Part shown: piece by piece, positions 18,075 through 28,552 of the stretch
Layout of the letters: the number at the start of each line of letters is the position of its first letter
Position numbering within the stretch: the first letter of the stretch is position 1
Assembly: GCA_964493985.1 (NCBI GenBank)
Contig: CAZBQL010000001.1
Location: forward strand, 3,849 to 67,848
From: an uncultured Dehalococcoidales bacterium
GTDB taxonomy: Bacteria > Chloroflexota > Dehalococcoidia > Dehalococcoidales > UBA2162
DNA length: 64,000 bases
Reading direction: 5' to 3'
Position numbers and translations under genes: made by a program
The notes under the pieces: model-generated
Told to the model about the DNA's origin: nothing
Database searches by the model: none
What the model saw: only the letters and a program-made list of their open reading frames with translations

Positions 18075-19502
18075 TTATATAGTATATTTTGCTGCCGTAT
18101 TCCCCATTTTAGTACCTGCTTTCGTATCTATTGATTTTTCCCCGCTCAGCATTTCGGAAATATATCGTTTGCTCGCTTCGACACCCGGTTGATCGAGTGG
18201 GTTCAGGTCATATAGTCCTGCGGTGAAAACGGTCTGCACTTCCAGCATGAACAGAAGCTGGCCAAAGGTAAACGCACTAATTTTCGGAAGAATCAGACTC
18301 ATATTACTTCTGCCGGCTTCTGTCAGGGCAAGCCTGGTCGACTCCATTTCCATGTTTATCAGGTATTCAAGGCTGTGGTCCGCAAAATATAAATATTCAC
18401 TTTCAGATGATTTGGGTATTCTAATATTGCTGCCATGGTTTTCAACTTTAAGAAGAGTGATCATTTTATCGAAGGGTCCTTCTATATATAATTGAAGCTG
18501 GCTGTGCTGGTCCGTCACACCCAGGGCAGCGACCGGAGTCTGACCTGAATTCATCGTCTCTCCGGATAGAGTCATTTTCTTGCCCAGGCTTTCCGCCCAT
18601 AGTTGTCGGAACCAGAACGCCACCTGGTACAAAGCATCACTGTAAGGCATCATCACTGTAATGTTCAGTCCTTTTCGCGTATCGGCAAGGTAGTGAAGCG
18701 CTCCGGATATACAGGCCGGATTTTCCCGAAGATTGCCTGTCCGGGTCCTTTCATCCATAAACCTTGCCCCTGCAAGTAACTCGCTAATATCTATACCCAT
18801 CATCACGGCAGGGAAGAGACCCACCGGACTGAACACGGAATAACGACCACCGACATTTTCCGGTATGGTCAGCAAAGGATATCTACTTTCCCGGGCAAGT
18901 TGGCATAAACCGCTGTTTGTATCGCCTGTGGTAATTACCACATGTTCGTTGGCGGTCTTTTCGCCCAGTCTGTCTTCGAGTATTTTTCGCACGATCAGAA
19001 ACTGGCTTATCGTCTCTACCGTTTTACCCGACTTGCTTATTACATTGAACAAGGTTTTTTGCGGATGAATAAAATCGAGGACTGATTTCACGGTTAGAGG
19101 ATCAACATTATCAAGGAAGTGTATCCTTGGAACTCCACCTCTCTCCTCTAGAGTGAAAAGGTTATGGACGGGACTGCACAAAGCTCGAAAAAGAGCTTTT
19201 CCTCCCAGTGCCGAACCACCAATTCCGAGGACTATGAAATCATCAAATTTGTCCTTATATGCTCCAGCCATTCGGAGAACTTCGTCAGCAGTTGCGAAAT
19301 TATATGGAAGCCGATAGAATCCGTACTCGCCGGAATCCCTTTTTTCCTCGATTCTTTCAGCTACGGCTTGAACAGCAGGGGAGATTTCTTCCAGCTCTTC
19401 ATAAGTGATACCTGTATGAGAACCGATAAATTCGGACATCATGCCGCCATAATCCAGCTTTATGGCATTGCCATCGGACTGCGAAGGGTCTCGGCTATGC
19501 AT
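18075..19502 (-). CDS. pgi: glucose-6-phosphate isomerase
   Basis: 475 aa with SIS domains and VLGIGGSALG. Confidence 0.9.
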   Translation of the reverse strand: MHSRDPSQSDGNAIKLDYGGMMSEFIGSHTGITYEELEEISPAVQAVAERIEEKRDSGEYGFYRLPYNFATADEVLRMAGAYKDKFDDFIVLGIGGSALGGKALFRALCSPVHNLFTLEERGGVPRIHFLDNVDPLTVKSVLDFIHPQKTLFNVISKSGKTVETISQFLIVRKILEDRLGEKTANEHVVITTGDTNSGLCQLARESRYPLLTIPENVGGRYSVFSPVGLFPAVMMGIDISELLAGARFMDERTRTGNLRENPACISGALHYLADTRKGLNITVMMPYSDALYQVAFWFRQLWAESLGKKMTLSGETMNSGQTPVAALGVTDQHSQLQLYIEGPFDKMITLLKVENHGSNIRIPKSSESEYLYFADHSLEYLINMEMESTRLALTEAGRSNMSLILPKISAFTFGQLLFMLEVQTVFTAGLYDLNPLDQPGVEASKRYISEMLSGEKSIDTKAGTKMGNTAAKYTI

Positions 19503-19525
19503 ATCCGTCCCTTTTCAGGTTACTC

Positions 19526-19741
19526 CTATGTGACCCTGAGGGCTACTATTGAGATGATGACGAATATAACTGCCAGGACTACGGTGAGTTGAAAAAGTGT
19601 TTTTTCAATTCCACGCCTGGTGCGATATACGCTGTCTGCCTGGCCAAAAATACCACCCAATCCACCACCCTTCACCTGGAGCATAATAGCCATGATAAGA
19701 GCAACGGAAAGTACTATCTGTGCAATATTCAGGTAATTCAA
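19526..19741 (-). CDS. secG: preprotein translocase subunit SecG
   Basis: 71 aa, two TM helices flanking the GGGLGGIFG glycine-rich loop. The start overlaps the gatB stop. Confidence 0.85.
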   Translation of the reverse strand: MNYLNIAQIVLSVALIMAIMLQVKGGGLGGIFGQADSVYRTRRGIEKTLFQLTVVLAVIFVIISIVALRVT

Positions 19742-21219
19742 CTTATTAATTCCTCTAGCTTCTTCTTCATTAGTTCGTTAACCAGTTGAGGATTTGCCCT
19801 GCCCCTGGTCACTTTCATTACCTGCCCGACAAGGAATTTTACCGCCGCTTCTTTACCTGCCCTGTAATCGGCGACCGCCTGCTCGTTCGCGGCTATTGCC
19901 TGTGAAATAGCTGCTTCAAGCTGGTCAGTATCACTTATCTGACCGCGGTCTCCCTTTTTAAGCAGAGTATCGGCATCCTTGCCGGTATTATACATCTCTT
20001 CCAGCATAGATTTTGCAGTTGCTGCTGAGATCTTTCCCTCTGAATTTAACTCCGTCAAGCTTACCAGGTTGGCGGCACTCACTTTTTCTCTAAATCCGGT
20101 AATATCTATGCTATTAGCATTCATTATACGACTGACTTCACCCAAAATCCAGTTACTGCCGACTTTTGCTCTCTCCGGTACTGACATTCCGCCGCGACCA
20201 CCGGCTTCTATGAACTCCTCCTCATAATCAGCCATCTCCCTGGAACCGGTCAATAGATCGGCATCGTAAAGCGTCAATTCGTATTCATCCATAAAACGGG
20301 CACGTCTTGCATCAGGAAGTTCCGGAAGTTTCATCCTGATAGCTTCCACTTTATCTGCGGTCAGTATCATCGGCGGCAGGTCCGGCTCGGGGAAGTAACG
20401 GTAATCATGAGCGTATTCCTTGCTACGCTGGGAAACGGTTACACCCCTTTCTTCGACCCAGCCCCGGGTCTCCTGGACAAGCCTTTCGCCTTTTTCAACA
20501 GCCTTTCTCTGCCGTTTTTCCTCGTATCCCATGGCCATGTACACAGCCCTGAAACTGTTCAGGTTCTTTACTTCCACCTTCGGACCAAGTTCTTCGGCAC
20601 CTACAGGCCGGATGCTGATGTTGGCATCGCATCTGAAGCTGCCTTCTTCCATGTTCCCGGTAGAAACGCCGATGTAGCGTAGTATTGTCCGGAGCTTTAT
20701 GAGATACTGGCGAGCTTCCTCAGGTGAACGTAAATCCGGTTCGCTAACGATTTCCATCAGAGGTACTCCGGAACGGTTGATATCCACAAGGCTGTAATCT
20801 TCTCCGTTCGGGACTGAGCGATGCAACAATTTAGACGTATCTTCTTCGAGGTGAATATGGTTTATCCCGATTTCCCTTGTGACTCCGTCTACCTCTATCG
20901 ACAGCCAGCCACTGCCGCTTATCGGTGAACCACTCTGGGAAATCTGGTAGCCTTTTACAAGGTCTGGATAAGGATAGTTCTTTCGGTCGAATCTGGTAAA
21001 TTCGGAAACAGGGCAGTTCAGGGCAAGAGCTGTCATAATCGTGTAATCCACTGCCTGGCTGTTAATGACCGGAAGAACTCCCGGCATTCCCATGCAAACA
21101 GGGCAGACATGAGAATTGGGAGGAGCGTCCGCATACTCCGCACTGCAGCGGCAGAACATCTTGCTTTTAGTCAGAAGCTGGGCATGAACTTCCAGCCCGA
21201 TAATTGTTTCATAGTCCAT
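19738..21219 (-). CDS. gatB: Asp-tRNA(Asn)/Glu-tRNA(Gln) amidotransferase subunit B
   Basis: Track ORF runs to 21240. ATG 21219 gives the canonical MDYETIIGLEVHAQL N-terminus. A YqeY-like tail is present. Confidence 0.95.
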   Translation of the reverse strand: MDYETIIGLEVHAQLLTKSKMFCRCSAEYADAPPNSHVCPVCMGMPGVLPVINSQAVDYTIMTALALNCPVSEFTRFDRKNYPYPDLVKGYQISQSGSPISGSGWLSIEVDGVTREIGINHIHLEEDTSKLLHRSVPNGEDYSLVDINRSGVPLMEIVSEPDLRSPEEARQYLIKLRTILRYIGVSTGNMEEGSFRCDANISIRPVGAEELGPKVEVKNLNSFRAVYMAMGYEEKRQRKAVEKGERLVQETRGWVEERGVTVSQRSKEYAHDYRYFPEPDLPPMILTADKVEAIRMKLPELPDARRARFMDEYELTLYDADLLTGSREMADYEEEFIEAGGRGGMSVPERAKVGSNWILGEVSRIMNANSIDITGFREKVSAANLVSLTELNSEGKISAATAKSMLEEMYNTGKDADTLLKKGDRGQISDTDQLEAAISQAIAANEQAVADYRAGKEAAVKFLVGQVMKVTRGRANPQLVNELMKKKLEELIS

Positions 21220-21303
21220 CAAATTCGTACCTGAAACCATTTCAGTATAACAATAATAATACTGGCTGACAAGGAATTATGATATAATCTCATGTGTAGG
21301 TGT

Positions 21304-21376
21304 GGGGCTGTAGCTCATCCGGGAGAGCGTCGCGTTCGCAATGCGAAGGTAAGGGGTTCGAGTCCCCTCAGCTCCA
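21304..21376 (+). tRNA. tRNA-Ala (anticodon CGC)
   Basis: Acceptor GGGGCTG/CAGCTCC with the G3:U70 Ala identity pair, anticodon loop TTCGCAA, T arm AGGGG-TTCGAGT-CCCCT. CCA is not encoded. The overlapping track ORF 21300-21494 is spurious. Confidence 0.9.
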
Positions 21377-21466
21377 TTTTCGTGCTATTTTAGTGCTACT
21401 TTTACTTTACAAAGCAGCATTTGTCGTTCTATCAGGTAGATTTCTTCGGATGGTTGTTTTGCATGG

Positions 21467-21495
21467 TTGCACGGTAAGCGTGTATGTAATATAAT
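21467..21495 (+). promoter_or_regulatory. putative promoter of higBA
   Basis: TTGCAC, 17-nt spacer, consensus TATAAT (21490-21495), 18 nt upstream of ATG 21514. Confidence 0.5.
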
Positions 21496-21513
21496 GGCCT
21501 CCAGTGAAATAGT

Positions 21514-21804
21514 ATGATCATATCGTTTGGAGATGATGCTACCGCCGCTCTCTACCATGGGAATGATGTTCGTCGTATTCGACGATTTCCTCCAGGCATA
21601 ATAAACGTAGCTCTTCGTAAACTCGATATGCTTGACGCAGCTTATCGCTTAAATGATTTGCGTGAGTCACCAGGGAACCGGTTAGAATTACTGAAGGGAG
21701 ACCTCGCAGGTTATTATAGTATTCGAGTTAACGATCAATGGCGAATTATCTTTCGGTGGGTAGAGAATAATGCCCGCGACGCATCTCTTAGAGACTATCA
21801 TTGA
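21514..21804 (+). CDS. higB: type II toxin, HigB-like (RelE/ParE superfamily, 'plasmid maintenance system killer')
   Basis: 96 aa, ...LRKLDMLDAAYRLNDLRESPGNRLELLKGDLAGYYSIRVNDQWRIIFRW. The toxin precedes the antitoxin, as in hig loci. Confidence 0.8.
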   Translation: MIISFGDDATAALYHGNDVRRIRRFPPGIINVALRKLDMLDAAYRLNDLRESPGNRLELLKGDLAGYYSIRVNDQWRIIFRWVENNARDASLRDYH

Positions 21805-21817
21805 GTGAGGAAAGAAA

Positions 21818-22105
21818 ATGTTACCAGAAAATCGAATCGCGACACATCCTGGAGAAATACTAAAAGCGGAGTTTCTTGACCCCCTCGGAGTTACCCAGGT
21901 AGCGCTTGCTCAACATATTGGAATACCCTTGCAAAGGATTAATGAGATAATTCGAGGCAAACGGGGTATTACGCCGGAGACAGCATGGCTGCTTTCCCAA
22001 GCGCTCGGTACGACACCTCAGTTTTGGATGAATCTACAAGACGCGTATGAATTAACGAGCAAACGCCCAAAGCGAACAGTCGAGCGTTTAATTCAAGCGG
22101 CGTAA
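21818..22105 (+). CDS. higA: HigA-family antitoxin (XRE HTH)
   Basis: HPGEILKAEFLDPLGVTQVALAQHIGIPLQRINEIIRGKRGITPETAWLLSQALGTTPQFWMNLQ, the canonical HigA/VapI sequence. Confidence 0.85.
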   Translation: MLPENRIATHPGEILKAEFLDPLGVTQVALAQHIGIPLQRINEIIRGKRGITPETAWLLSQALGTTPQFWMNLQDAYELTSKRPKRTVERLIQAA

Positions 22106-22249
22106 GCGAGGAATAAGCCATTTCTCGCAGACGAAAGCCCGGGATGTTCCGGATGGATCGACTTGCGGACTCAACCTTTATGGTGATTGTGAGTCATATA
22201 CTCAGGTTGAAGACCAAACTAAACTCCTTGCCAGTACTACCTATTGACA

Positions 22250-22260
22250 CCTCAGTTCCA
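22250..22260 (+). repeat. near-copy (10 of 11) of the tRNA-Ala 3' end, a possible att remnant
   Basis: CCTCAGTTCCA compared with CCTCAGCTCCA at 21366-21376. The two copies bracket higBA. Confidence 0.3.
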
Positions 22261-22372
22261 CTGGACTTTACGATAGGCAGAATTATTTGAGCAGATATTA
22301 TTTTCGTCTTAAACCAGGACACACTCCATTTCAGCAGGAATGGTTTATATTTCCCCATGACGATAGTAGAAT

Positions 22373-25300
22373 ATGGTCATGGAGAAAGATCTGAGCGTCC
22401 TGTCTCTTTTCCACCCGAACATAGCCCGGTGGTTCCTTGAAAAGGTTGGACAACCGACCGAAGTACAGGAAGAAAGCTGGCAGCACATTTCGGATGGCGA
22501 ACACGTCCTTATTACAGCGCCGACCGGAAGCGGCAAGACACTGGCTGCTTTTCTCTGGGCGATTAACCAGCTTTTAACCGGACAGTTTCCCACAGGGCAC
22601 ACGAGCATACTATATATCTCCCCCTTGAAAGCGTTGAACAATGACGTTCAGCGAAATCTGCTTGATCCTCTTAAAGAAGTCAGAGAAACCTTCAATAAAT
22701 CAGGGAAGGATTTTCCGGAAATACGCGTGTTGACCCGTAGCGGTGATACGCCCCAGGCCGAACGGCACCGGATGCAGCGCCATCCACCGGAAATTCTCAT
22801 TACTACACCGGAGAGTCTCAATCTGATGCTCAGTTCAGCCGGAGGCCGGTCTATCCTGACGGGACTCAGGACAGTAATTCTTGATGAAGTCCACGGCGTG
22901 TTCGGAAACAAGCGTGGAGTGCATCTGATGACAGCAGTAGAGCGTCTCATTTTATTGTCCGGGGAGTTCCAGCGTATCTCCCTGTCGGCAACCATTCGCC
23001 CTCTGGAAACCGTTGCTGAATTCGTCGGGGGATTCACGGTCGAAGGAGATGAACATTCTCCTGTTTACAGACCACGGTCCGTCTCGATCGTTCACTCCGA
23101 TACAACAAAGCAGTATGACATCTCAGTACGGTCTGCCGAAAAAATAGAAGAACAGGATTCAATCTGGGATGCTCTGACCATATCGTTCAAAGAAATTATC
23201 CGAAGAAACGACTCCACGCTGTTTTTTGCCAACAACAGGAGGTTGTGTGAAAGACTGGCGCTTAGACTCAATGATGGTGAAGAATCTCCCGTAGCCTACG
23301 TGCATCATGGTTCGCTTTCCCGTGAGGTACGCACCGAAGTTGAGCGTAAGCTGAGAGAAGGCGAACTACGCGCGGTCGTAGCTACCAATTCTCTGGAACT
23401 GGGTATCGATATCGGTTCATTGACTGAAGTCATACTGATTCAGTCCCCTCCATCGGTATCATCGGCAATACAGCGTGTCGGTCGGGCCGGACACCAGGTA
23501 GGGGAAATCTGTCGAGGAGAGATATTCCCCACCCATTCGCAGGACCTCCTGGAAGCGGCAGTACTGGCTTCCGCCATTACGGAACATGACATGGAGAGCA
23601 CCCAGCCTGTCCTGTGCCCTCTCGATGTACTGGCGCAAATTATTATCTCCATGACGGGCGTTGAGAAATGGGATATCGACAGACTTTACACACAAATAAC
23701 CGCCAGCTATCCCTACCGGTATTTGAAAAGAGAGCAGTTTGACCTGGTACTGAACATGCTGGCCGGACGATACGCCGAAGCTCGGGTCCGCGAGTTAAAG
23801 CAACGTGTTTCAATCGATCGACTGGATAACACGGTTGTTGCCGTTAAAGGAGCACTGCTCGCGCTGTATACGTCGGGTGGGATGATACCCGATCGCGGTT
23901 ATTTCCACCTCCGCCACCAGGAAACCGGTTCTCTTATCGGAGAGCTTGATGAGGAATTCGTCTGGGAAGCCACTATCGGTCAGACGTTTGCCCTGGGGTC
24001 GCAGAACTGGAAAATAGAGCGCGTTACCCATAATGATGTCTTCGTGAGTCCCGGAAATCCCAGGATAATGGCGGCGCCCTTCTGGATTGGGGAGGAGAAC
24101 TACCGTGACTTCCACTTCTCGGATCGTATCGGACGGTTCCTGGAAATCGCCAACGACAGCCTGGATGACGCCGACTTTCCCGAAACGCTGCAAAAAAAAT
24201 ATCACATGGATGTTAATGCATCCGAGCAACTGGCTGACTTTCTAAATTTCCAGAAAGAAATGACCGGCTGCGATCTTCCTCACCGGCATCATATCGTTGT
24301 GGAGTACGTCAGCACTGGACCGGGAGAAGTGCCGGGGAACCAGCTTGTATTGCACACAACCTGGGGCGGTCGGGTCAACCGTCCGTTCGCCATGGCGTTG
24401 GACGCTGCCTGGGAAGAGAGTTATGGACAAAGACTTGAAATATATACCGGCAATGATTGCATTGTCATACAGTTACCGCACGATGTCGAAGCCGATGAGG
24501 TACTTTCTCTGGTTACGAGCGCAACCGTTGAAAAACTCCTCCGAAAGCGGTTGGAAGGCTCCGGATTCTTCGGAGCCAGGTTCCGTGAGTGTGCCGGTCG
24601 TTCGTTACTCCTGACCCGTAATAAAATCGGCCAGAGAATGCCACTCTGGATGAACCGTATGCGTTCACAGAAACTTCTTGCTTCCGTCATGCAGTATGAA
24701 GACTTTCCCATTCTTCTGGAAGCGTGGCGTACGTGCCTGCAGGATGAATTTGATATGGAAAGCATGAAACAGGTGCTGACCGAACTTGAAACGGGAAAAA
24801 TCAAATGGTCGGTGACTCATACCGGCTATCCCAGTCCGATGGCACAGAGTCTTTCCTGGCGGCAGACTACTGAGTACCTTTACAGAACTGATGAGTTGAA
24901 AACAGATTCTACTTCCAGGCTACGCAGCGACCTTTTAAATCACGTGGTGTTTACACCCGGAATCCGTCCTCCTGTCGACCGGGAGATGGTGGAGCAGTTC
25001 GAACTGAAACAGCAACGGCTCTCTCCCGGCTATTCGCCGGAGACACCGCGAGAACTGGTAGACTGGGTCAAAGAACGACTACTGGTACCGGTAGCTGAGT
25101 GGGAGCGCCTGTTACAGGCTATGAAAACCGACCATAAAACCGATATAAAAAAGTTACAGGAATCGCTTACAGAAAGACTGGCCTTGATAAATCCGCCGGC
25201 GGCATCGGAACAACTGGTAGTGGCACTGGAAACACTTCCTCGAATTACTCAAGCTTTCTACGGAGAACAGGACATTGCTATTGAATCACTGACAGGTCCT

Positions 25301-26884
25301 CAGAGTATATCGTACGACAGAGAGGATACTTCTTCAATTTTAGCCGAAGACAGTGATGAAATAATGACCGAAGTGCTTGTGGAATGGCTCCGGTATTACG
25401 GTCCGGTAACGTACGACTTTATTCAGACCGCACTCGGCATCGAGAAACAGCGCCTGTCTCTGGTGCTGGAAGACATCATCGACTCTCAGAAGGTAATCAT
25501 GGGGTCGCTGGTAAAGGAAAGCACGGATGAATATATCTGTGACAGTGAGAATTTTGAAATACTTCTCAGACTGGCACGGGCAAGCGCCATACCTGTCTTC
25601 GAGCCGTTGGATATAGAGTGGTTACCCCTTTTCCTGGCGCAGCATCAGGGATTGACCGATACCGAGGATGAACTGGCATTCTTTATCGAAGAATTATTCA
25701 GGCGCATCGAACAGTTACTCTGTCTGCCGCTACCGGCAGCACTCTGGGAATCGGAGGTTCTGCCTGCCAGGCTCCACCAGTACTCTACTTCTTGGCTGGA
25801 CAGTGCCGTGGGAGAAAGCAATCTTCGCTGGATAGGCAGTGAGAAACAACGAATATCTTTTTGCTTTGAGTCTGATCTGGACCTGATGCAGGAAAATGAT
25901 GCTAATGAAATAGATACAGAAGGACCTCTCAGCGATGATGGTGAACTTATCGACGTGTTCCCCGGTAAGCTGGGTAAATATGATTTTTCCACCCTGCTCA
26001 CCCAGTCCGGGTACCGGCCAGGCAAGCTTTCAGACTGTCTCTGGGATGCGGTGTGGCGGGGAAAGGTTACCAACGACACTGTCACCGCACTCCGTCGCGG
26101 AATAATGAACCGCTTTAAACCACCTGAGGTTAGCGTACCAACAACAGGCAGACGTTTTCGCAGGAGGCGGACTACAGGCGGTCGACGTGGTTTCACACGC
26201 TGGAAGAATACCCTACCGTATGTCGGCAACTGGTTCCTGCTTCCCGATCCCGAACCGGATGAAGACCTGCTTGAGGCAGAAGAGCGGATAAAAGACCGGG
26301 TGAGACTTCTGCTTGACCGATACGGTATTCTCTTCAGGGAACTCCTGGAAAGAGAGCTGCCTGCTTTCCAGTGGAGAAACGTTTTCCGTGCCCTGCGGTT
26401 GATGGAACTGTCCGGAGAAGTACTGGCGGGGTATTTCTTCCATGGTATTCCCGGGCTCCAGTTCATCTCACACCAGGCTTTTCGCCGTCTGCAGCGAAAA
26501 CTGCCTGGGGACGCCGTATACTGGATAAATGCCGCAGACCCGGCATCACTGTGCGGGACCAAGCTTGACTCGATAAAAGGCACCTTACCGAAACGAGTTA
26601 CCGGTACTCACCTTGTCTATTACGGTACCAGGCTGGTAGCAGTATCCAGGCGGAACGGACGTGACCTGATATTTAACGTTTCTCCAGACGATCCTCACCT
26701 GCCTGAATACCTCGGTTTTCTGCGTCATATGTTGACCCGGCAATTTCAGCCAGTTCGCCAGATAACTATCGACACGATCAATGACGAGAAAGCAACAGGC
26801 AGTCCTTACCTGGATGTGCTCCGGACTTTTTTCGACGTCCAGCGCGACTACAAGAACGTTACTCTCTACCGAAAATCAGGCTGA
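22373..26884 (+). CDS. lhr: Lhr-family large ATP-dependent helicase
   Basis: 1503 aa. Walker A TAPTGSGKT, DEVH box, helicase C domain, and a long Lhr-type C-terminal extension. Confidence 0.9.
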   Translation: MVMEKDLSVLSLFHPNIARWFLEKVGQPTEVQEESWQHISDGEHVLITAPTGSGKTLAAFLWAINQLLTGQFPTGHTSILYISPLKALNNDVQRNLLDPLKEVRETFNKSGKDFPEIRVLTRSGDTPQAERHRMQRHPPEILITTPESLNLMLSSAGGRSILTGLRTVILDEVHGVFGNKRGVHLMTAVERLILLSGEFQRISLSATIRPLETVAEFVGGFTVEGDEHSPVYRPRSVSIVHSDTTKQYDISVRSAEKIEEQDSIWDALTISFKEIIRRNDSTLFFANNRRLCERLALRLNDGEESPVAYVHHGSLSREVRTEVERKLREGELRAVVATNSLELGIDIGSLTEVILIQSPPSVSSAIQRVGRAGHQVGEICRGEIFPTHSQDLLEAAVLASAITEHDMESTQPVLCPLDVLAQIIISMTGVEKWDIDRLYTQITASYPYRYLKREQFDLVLNMLAGRYAEARVRELKQRVSIDRLDNTVVAVKGALLALYTSGGMIPDRGYFHLRHQETGSLIGELDEEFVWEATIGQTFALGSQNWKIERVTHNDVFVSPGNPRIMAAPFWIGEENYRDFHFSDRIGRFLEIANDSLDDADFPETLQKKYHMDVNASEQLADFLNFQKEMTGCDLPHRHHIVVEYVSTGPGEVPGNQLVLHTTWGGRVNRPFAMALDAAWEESYGQRLEIYTGNDCIVIQLPHDVEADEVLSLVTSATVEKLLRKRLEGSGFFGARFRECAGRSLLLTRNKIGQRMPLWMNRMRSQKLLASVMQYEDFPILLEAWRTCLQDEFDMESMKQVLTELETGKIKWSVTHTGYPSPMAQSLSWRQTTEYLYRTDELKTDSTSRLRSDLLNHVVFTPGIRPPVDREMVEQFELKQQRLSPGYSPETPRELVDWVKERLLVPVAEWERLLQAMKTDHKTDIKKLQESLTERLALINPPAASEQLVVALETLPRITQAFYGEQDIAIESLTGPQSISYDREDTSSILAEDSDEIMTEVLVEWLRYYGPVTYDFIQTALGIEKQRLSLVLEDIIDSQKVIMGSLVKESTDEYICDSENFEILLRLARASAIPVFEPLDIEWLPLFLAQHQGLTDTEDELAFFIEELFRRIEQLLCLPLPAALWESEVLPARLHQYSTSWLDSAVGESNLRWIGSEKQRISFCFESDLDLMQENDANEIDTEGPLSDDGELIDVFPGKLGKYDFSTLLTQSGYRPGKLSDCLWDAVWRGKVTNDTVTALRRGIMNRFKPPEVSVPTTGRRFRRRRTTGGRRGFTRWKNTLPYVGNWFLLPDPEPDEDLLEAEERIKDRVRLLLDRYGILFRELLERELPAFQWRNVFRALRLMELSGEVLAGYFFHGIPGLQFISHQAFRRLQRKLPGDAVYWINAADPASLCGTKLDSIKGTLPKRVTGTHLVYYGTRLVAVSRRNGRDLIFNVSPDDPHLPEYLGFLRHMLTRQFQPVRQITIDTINDEKATGSPYLDVLRTFFDVQRDYKNVTLYRKSG

Positions 26885-26944
26885 ATACGGTCAACTCAGC
26901 TCCACGAGGTATTGTGTTTCATTCATTACATAATACTGGCTAGT

Positions 26945-28552
26945 CTAGACACCAGCCGTTACATATTTTTTCTGATTTGCTGGAACGTGATACCTTGCTT
27001 TTGATGAATTTATACCGTCTCGTGTTTGATTTTGATTGTGAACCTTTTGCAGTATCATATTCCGGTATTTCATCAAGGATGCTGGATCATAATACAACGC
27101 ATGATAGGCTGCGGGATTCACAGCTTCGTGTATAATACCTGTCGGTATCACGGCTGTACGAGTAAAGTATTTTATCCATTTATCCAGGTGGTAATACAGA
27201 CCTGCGGTTGAGACCGCTGCCTTCACATCTTTTTTAACTCTGGATGTTATTCGCGGTTTTTCCGGCTCTATGTATCTCAGCCAAGAATCCGGCTGATAAT
27301 AAAGTCCTCTGTTTTCAGGCCGGGGACCGATTTCCATTTCCTTAATACTATCAGTTTTCTCTTCAGTTGATTTCACTTTTATTGCATAATCGATTAGCTT
27401 TGGTATGATAGACAGGGCTACCAGCCCCCGGAAGATACCGGAAATCAGGAAAATACTGAGAATTCTACTGCCGGAAATCGGAAATATCTCATCTAGTAAA
27501 TATACACTGAGTAGTCCTCCAAGAAACATACAGAACAGGGTAAGGCTTTTACTGTACATAATATATCTTAACTTCTTTTCGGGCGGTGCCAGTTTAAACA
27601 GGTAGTTTTGAGTACAGAGATCATAAGCTCCCCAGCAGAGTCCAGATATTGCCTGTATAAAAATAAAATATCCCAGATTGGAAAAGAAAAGCCAGCAAAT
27701 GGGGATGAATGGAATAACACGGGAAACTAAGCTCAATACCTCGATGTTTCCCTTCCGATCAGCCAGCCGGCCCCAGAACGGCATACTGATTATCCTGGTG
27801 AAGTACTCCGTGCCTATGATAATGGTAAAGGAGAGGTATCCGAAATCGAGTTCCTTCAACATATATACGGCATAAAGCGGGCCGCTGAGGCTTATCGTAA
27901 TACTGAAAAGAGAAGTGAAAAGGATAAACTTCGTCAAACGCCGTGTTTTCAGTTCCTTTATAAAATCGACAGTGCCGAAACCTGCCTGTTGCTGCTGTCC
28001 GGCAGCTCTCATATTGATTTTTGCGTCCTTCATAGACCAATAAATGCTGAAGTTAAGAAAAGCTGTAAGGAAAGCAATGAAAAAGATGAAACAAAATCCC
28101 GATATTGCACCGTTGGCGGACGAGTCAAGCAAGTATCCGAAAAGACAGAACGAACCAAGATAGAAACCACTTTTGATTGCCATGCGGCGTCCCAGATAAC
28201 GCCCCATTATATCCTTCGGAATCATGTTTGAAAGCCAGTTATCCCGTTGAGTGGATAACAATACTGCGGGTACCAGGTTCAGTAGCCAGAGGAAAACAAA
28301 CCCTAAAGGTGACACCGTGTTCGAAAAAAGCAAAAAAGATAATATCAGAGGTATCCAGACGCAGACATTTATCAAAGCAAGTATAACAGCCCCTCTCTTA
28401 GTCAGACCGATACGTTCGATAAATACTGGCGCTTTAAGGCATATTATCGAGAGTAAAAGGTTGACCATAAGTGCCAGCAAGGAAACACTCTGAGCGTCAG
28501 CTCCCACGGCTATTACAGATGGTGACTGATAATTGATAGCAGCTTCTTCCAC
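26945..28552 (-). CDS. MFS-type transporter with a ~150-aa C-terminal tail carrying three LYY repeats
   Basis: GTG start. About 12 TM helices, followed by GLYYQPDSWLRY / GLYYHLDKWIKY / ALYYDPASLMKY. Confidence 0.7.
   Translation of the reverse strand: MEEAAINYQSPSVIAVGADAQSVSLLALMVNLLLSIICLKAPVFIERIGLTKRGAVILALINVCVWIPLILSFLLFSNTVSPLGFVFLWLLNLVPAVLLSTQRDNWLSNMIPKDIMGRYLGRRMAIKSGFYLGSFCLFGYLLDSSANGAISGFCFIFFIAFLTAFLNFSIYWSMKDAKINMRAAGQQQQAGFGTVDFIKELKTRRLTKFILFTSLFSITISLSGPLYAVYMLKELDFGYLSFTIIIGTEYFTRIISMPFWGRLADRKGNIEVLSLVSRVIPFIPICWLFFSNLGYFIFIQAISGLCWGAYDLCTQNYLFKLAPPEKKLRYIMYSKSLTLFCMFLGGLLSVYLLDEIFPISGSRILSIFLISGIFRGLVALSIIPKLIDYAIKVKSTEEKTDSIKEMEIGPRPENRGLYYQPDSWLRYIEPEKPRITSRVKKDVKAAVSTAGLYYHLDKWIKYFTRTAVIPTGIIHEAVNPAAYHALYYDPASLMKYRNMILQKVHNQNQTRDGINSSKARYHVPANQKKYVTAGV

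Noticed and set aside
21300-21494. 64-aa plus-strand ORF.
   Set aside because: It begins inside tRNA-Ala(CGC). It is a translation of tRNA sequence plus the higBA promoter.
25645-26583. 312-aa minus-strand ORF inside lhr.
   Set aside because: Its composition is Ser/Arg/Pro-rich and low-complexity, and it is antisense to a well-supported helicase frame, so it is a shadow ORF. The same reasoning applies to 22648-23037, 23810-24229 and 24421-24804.
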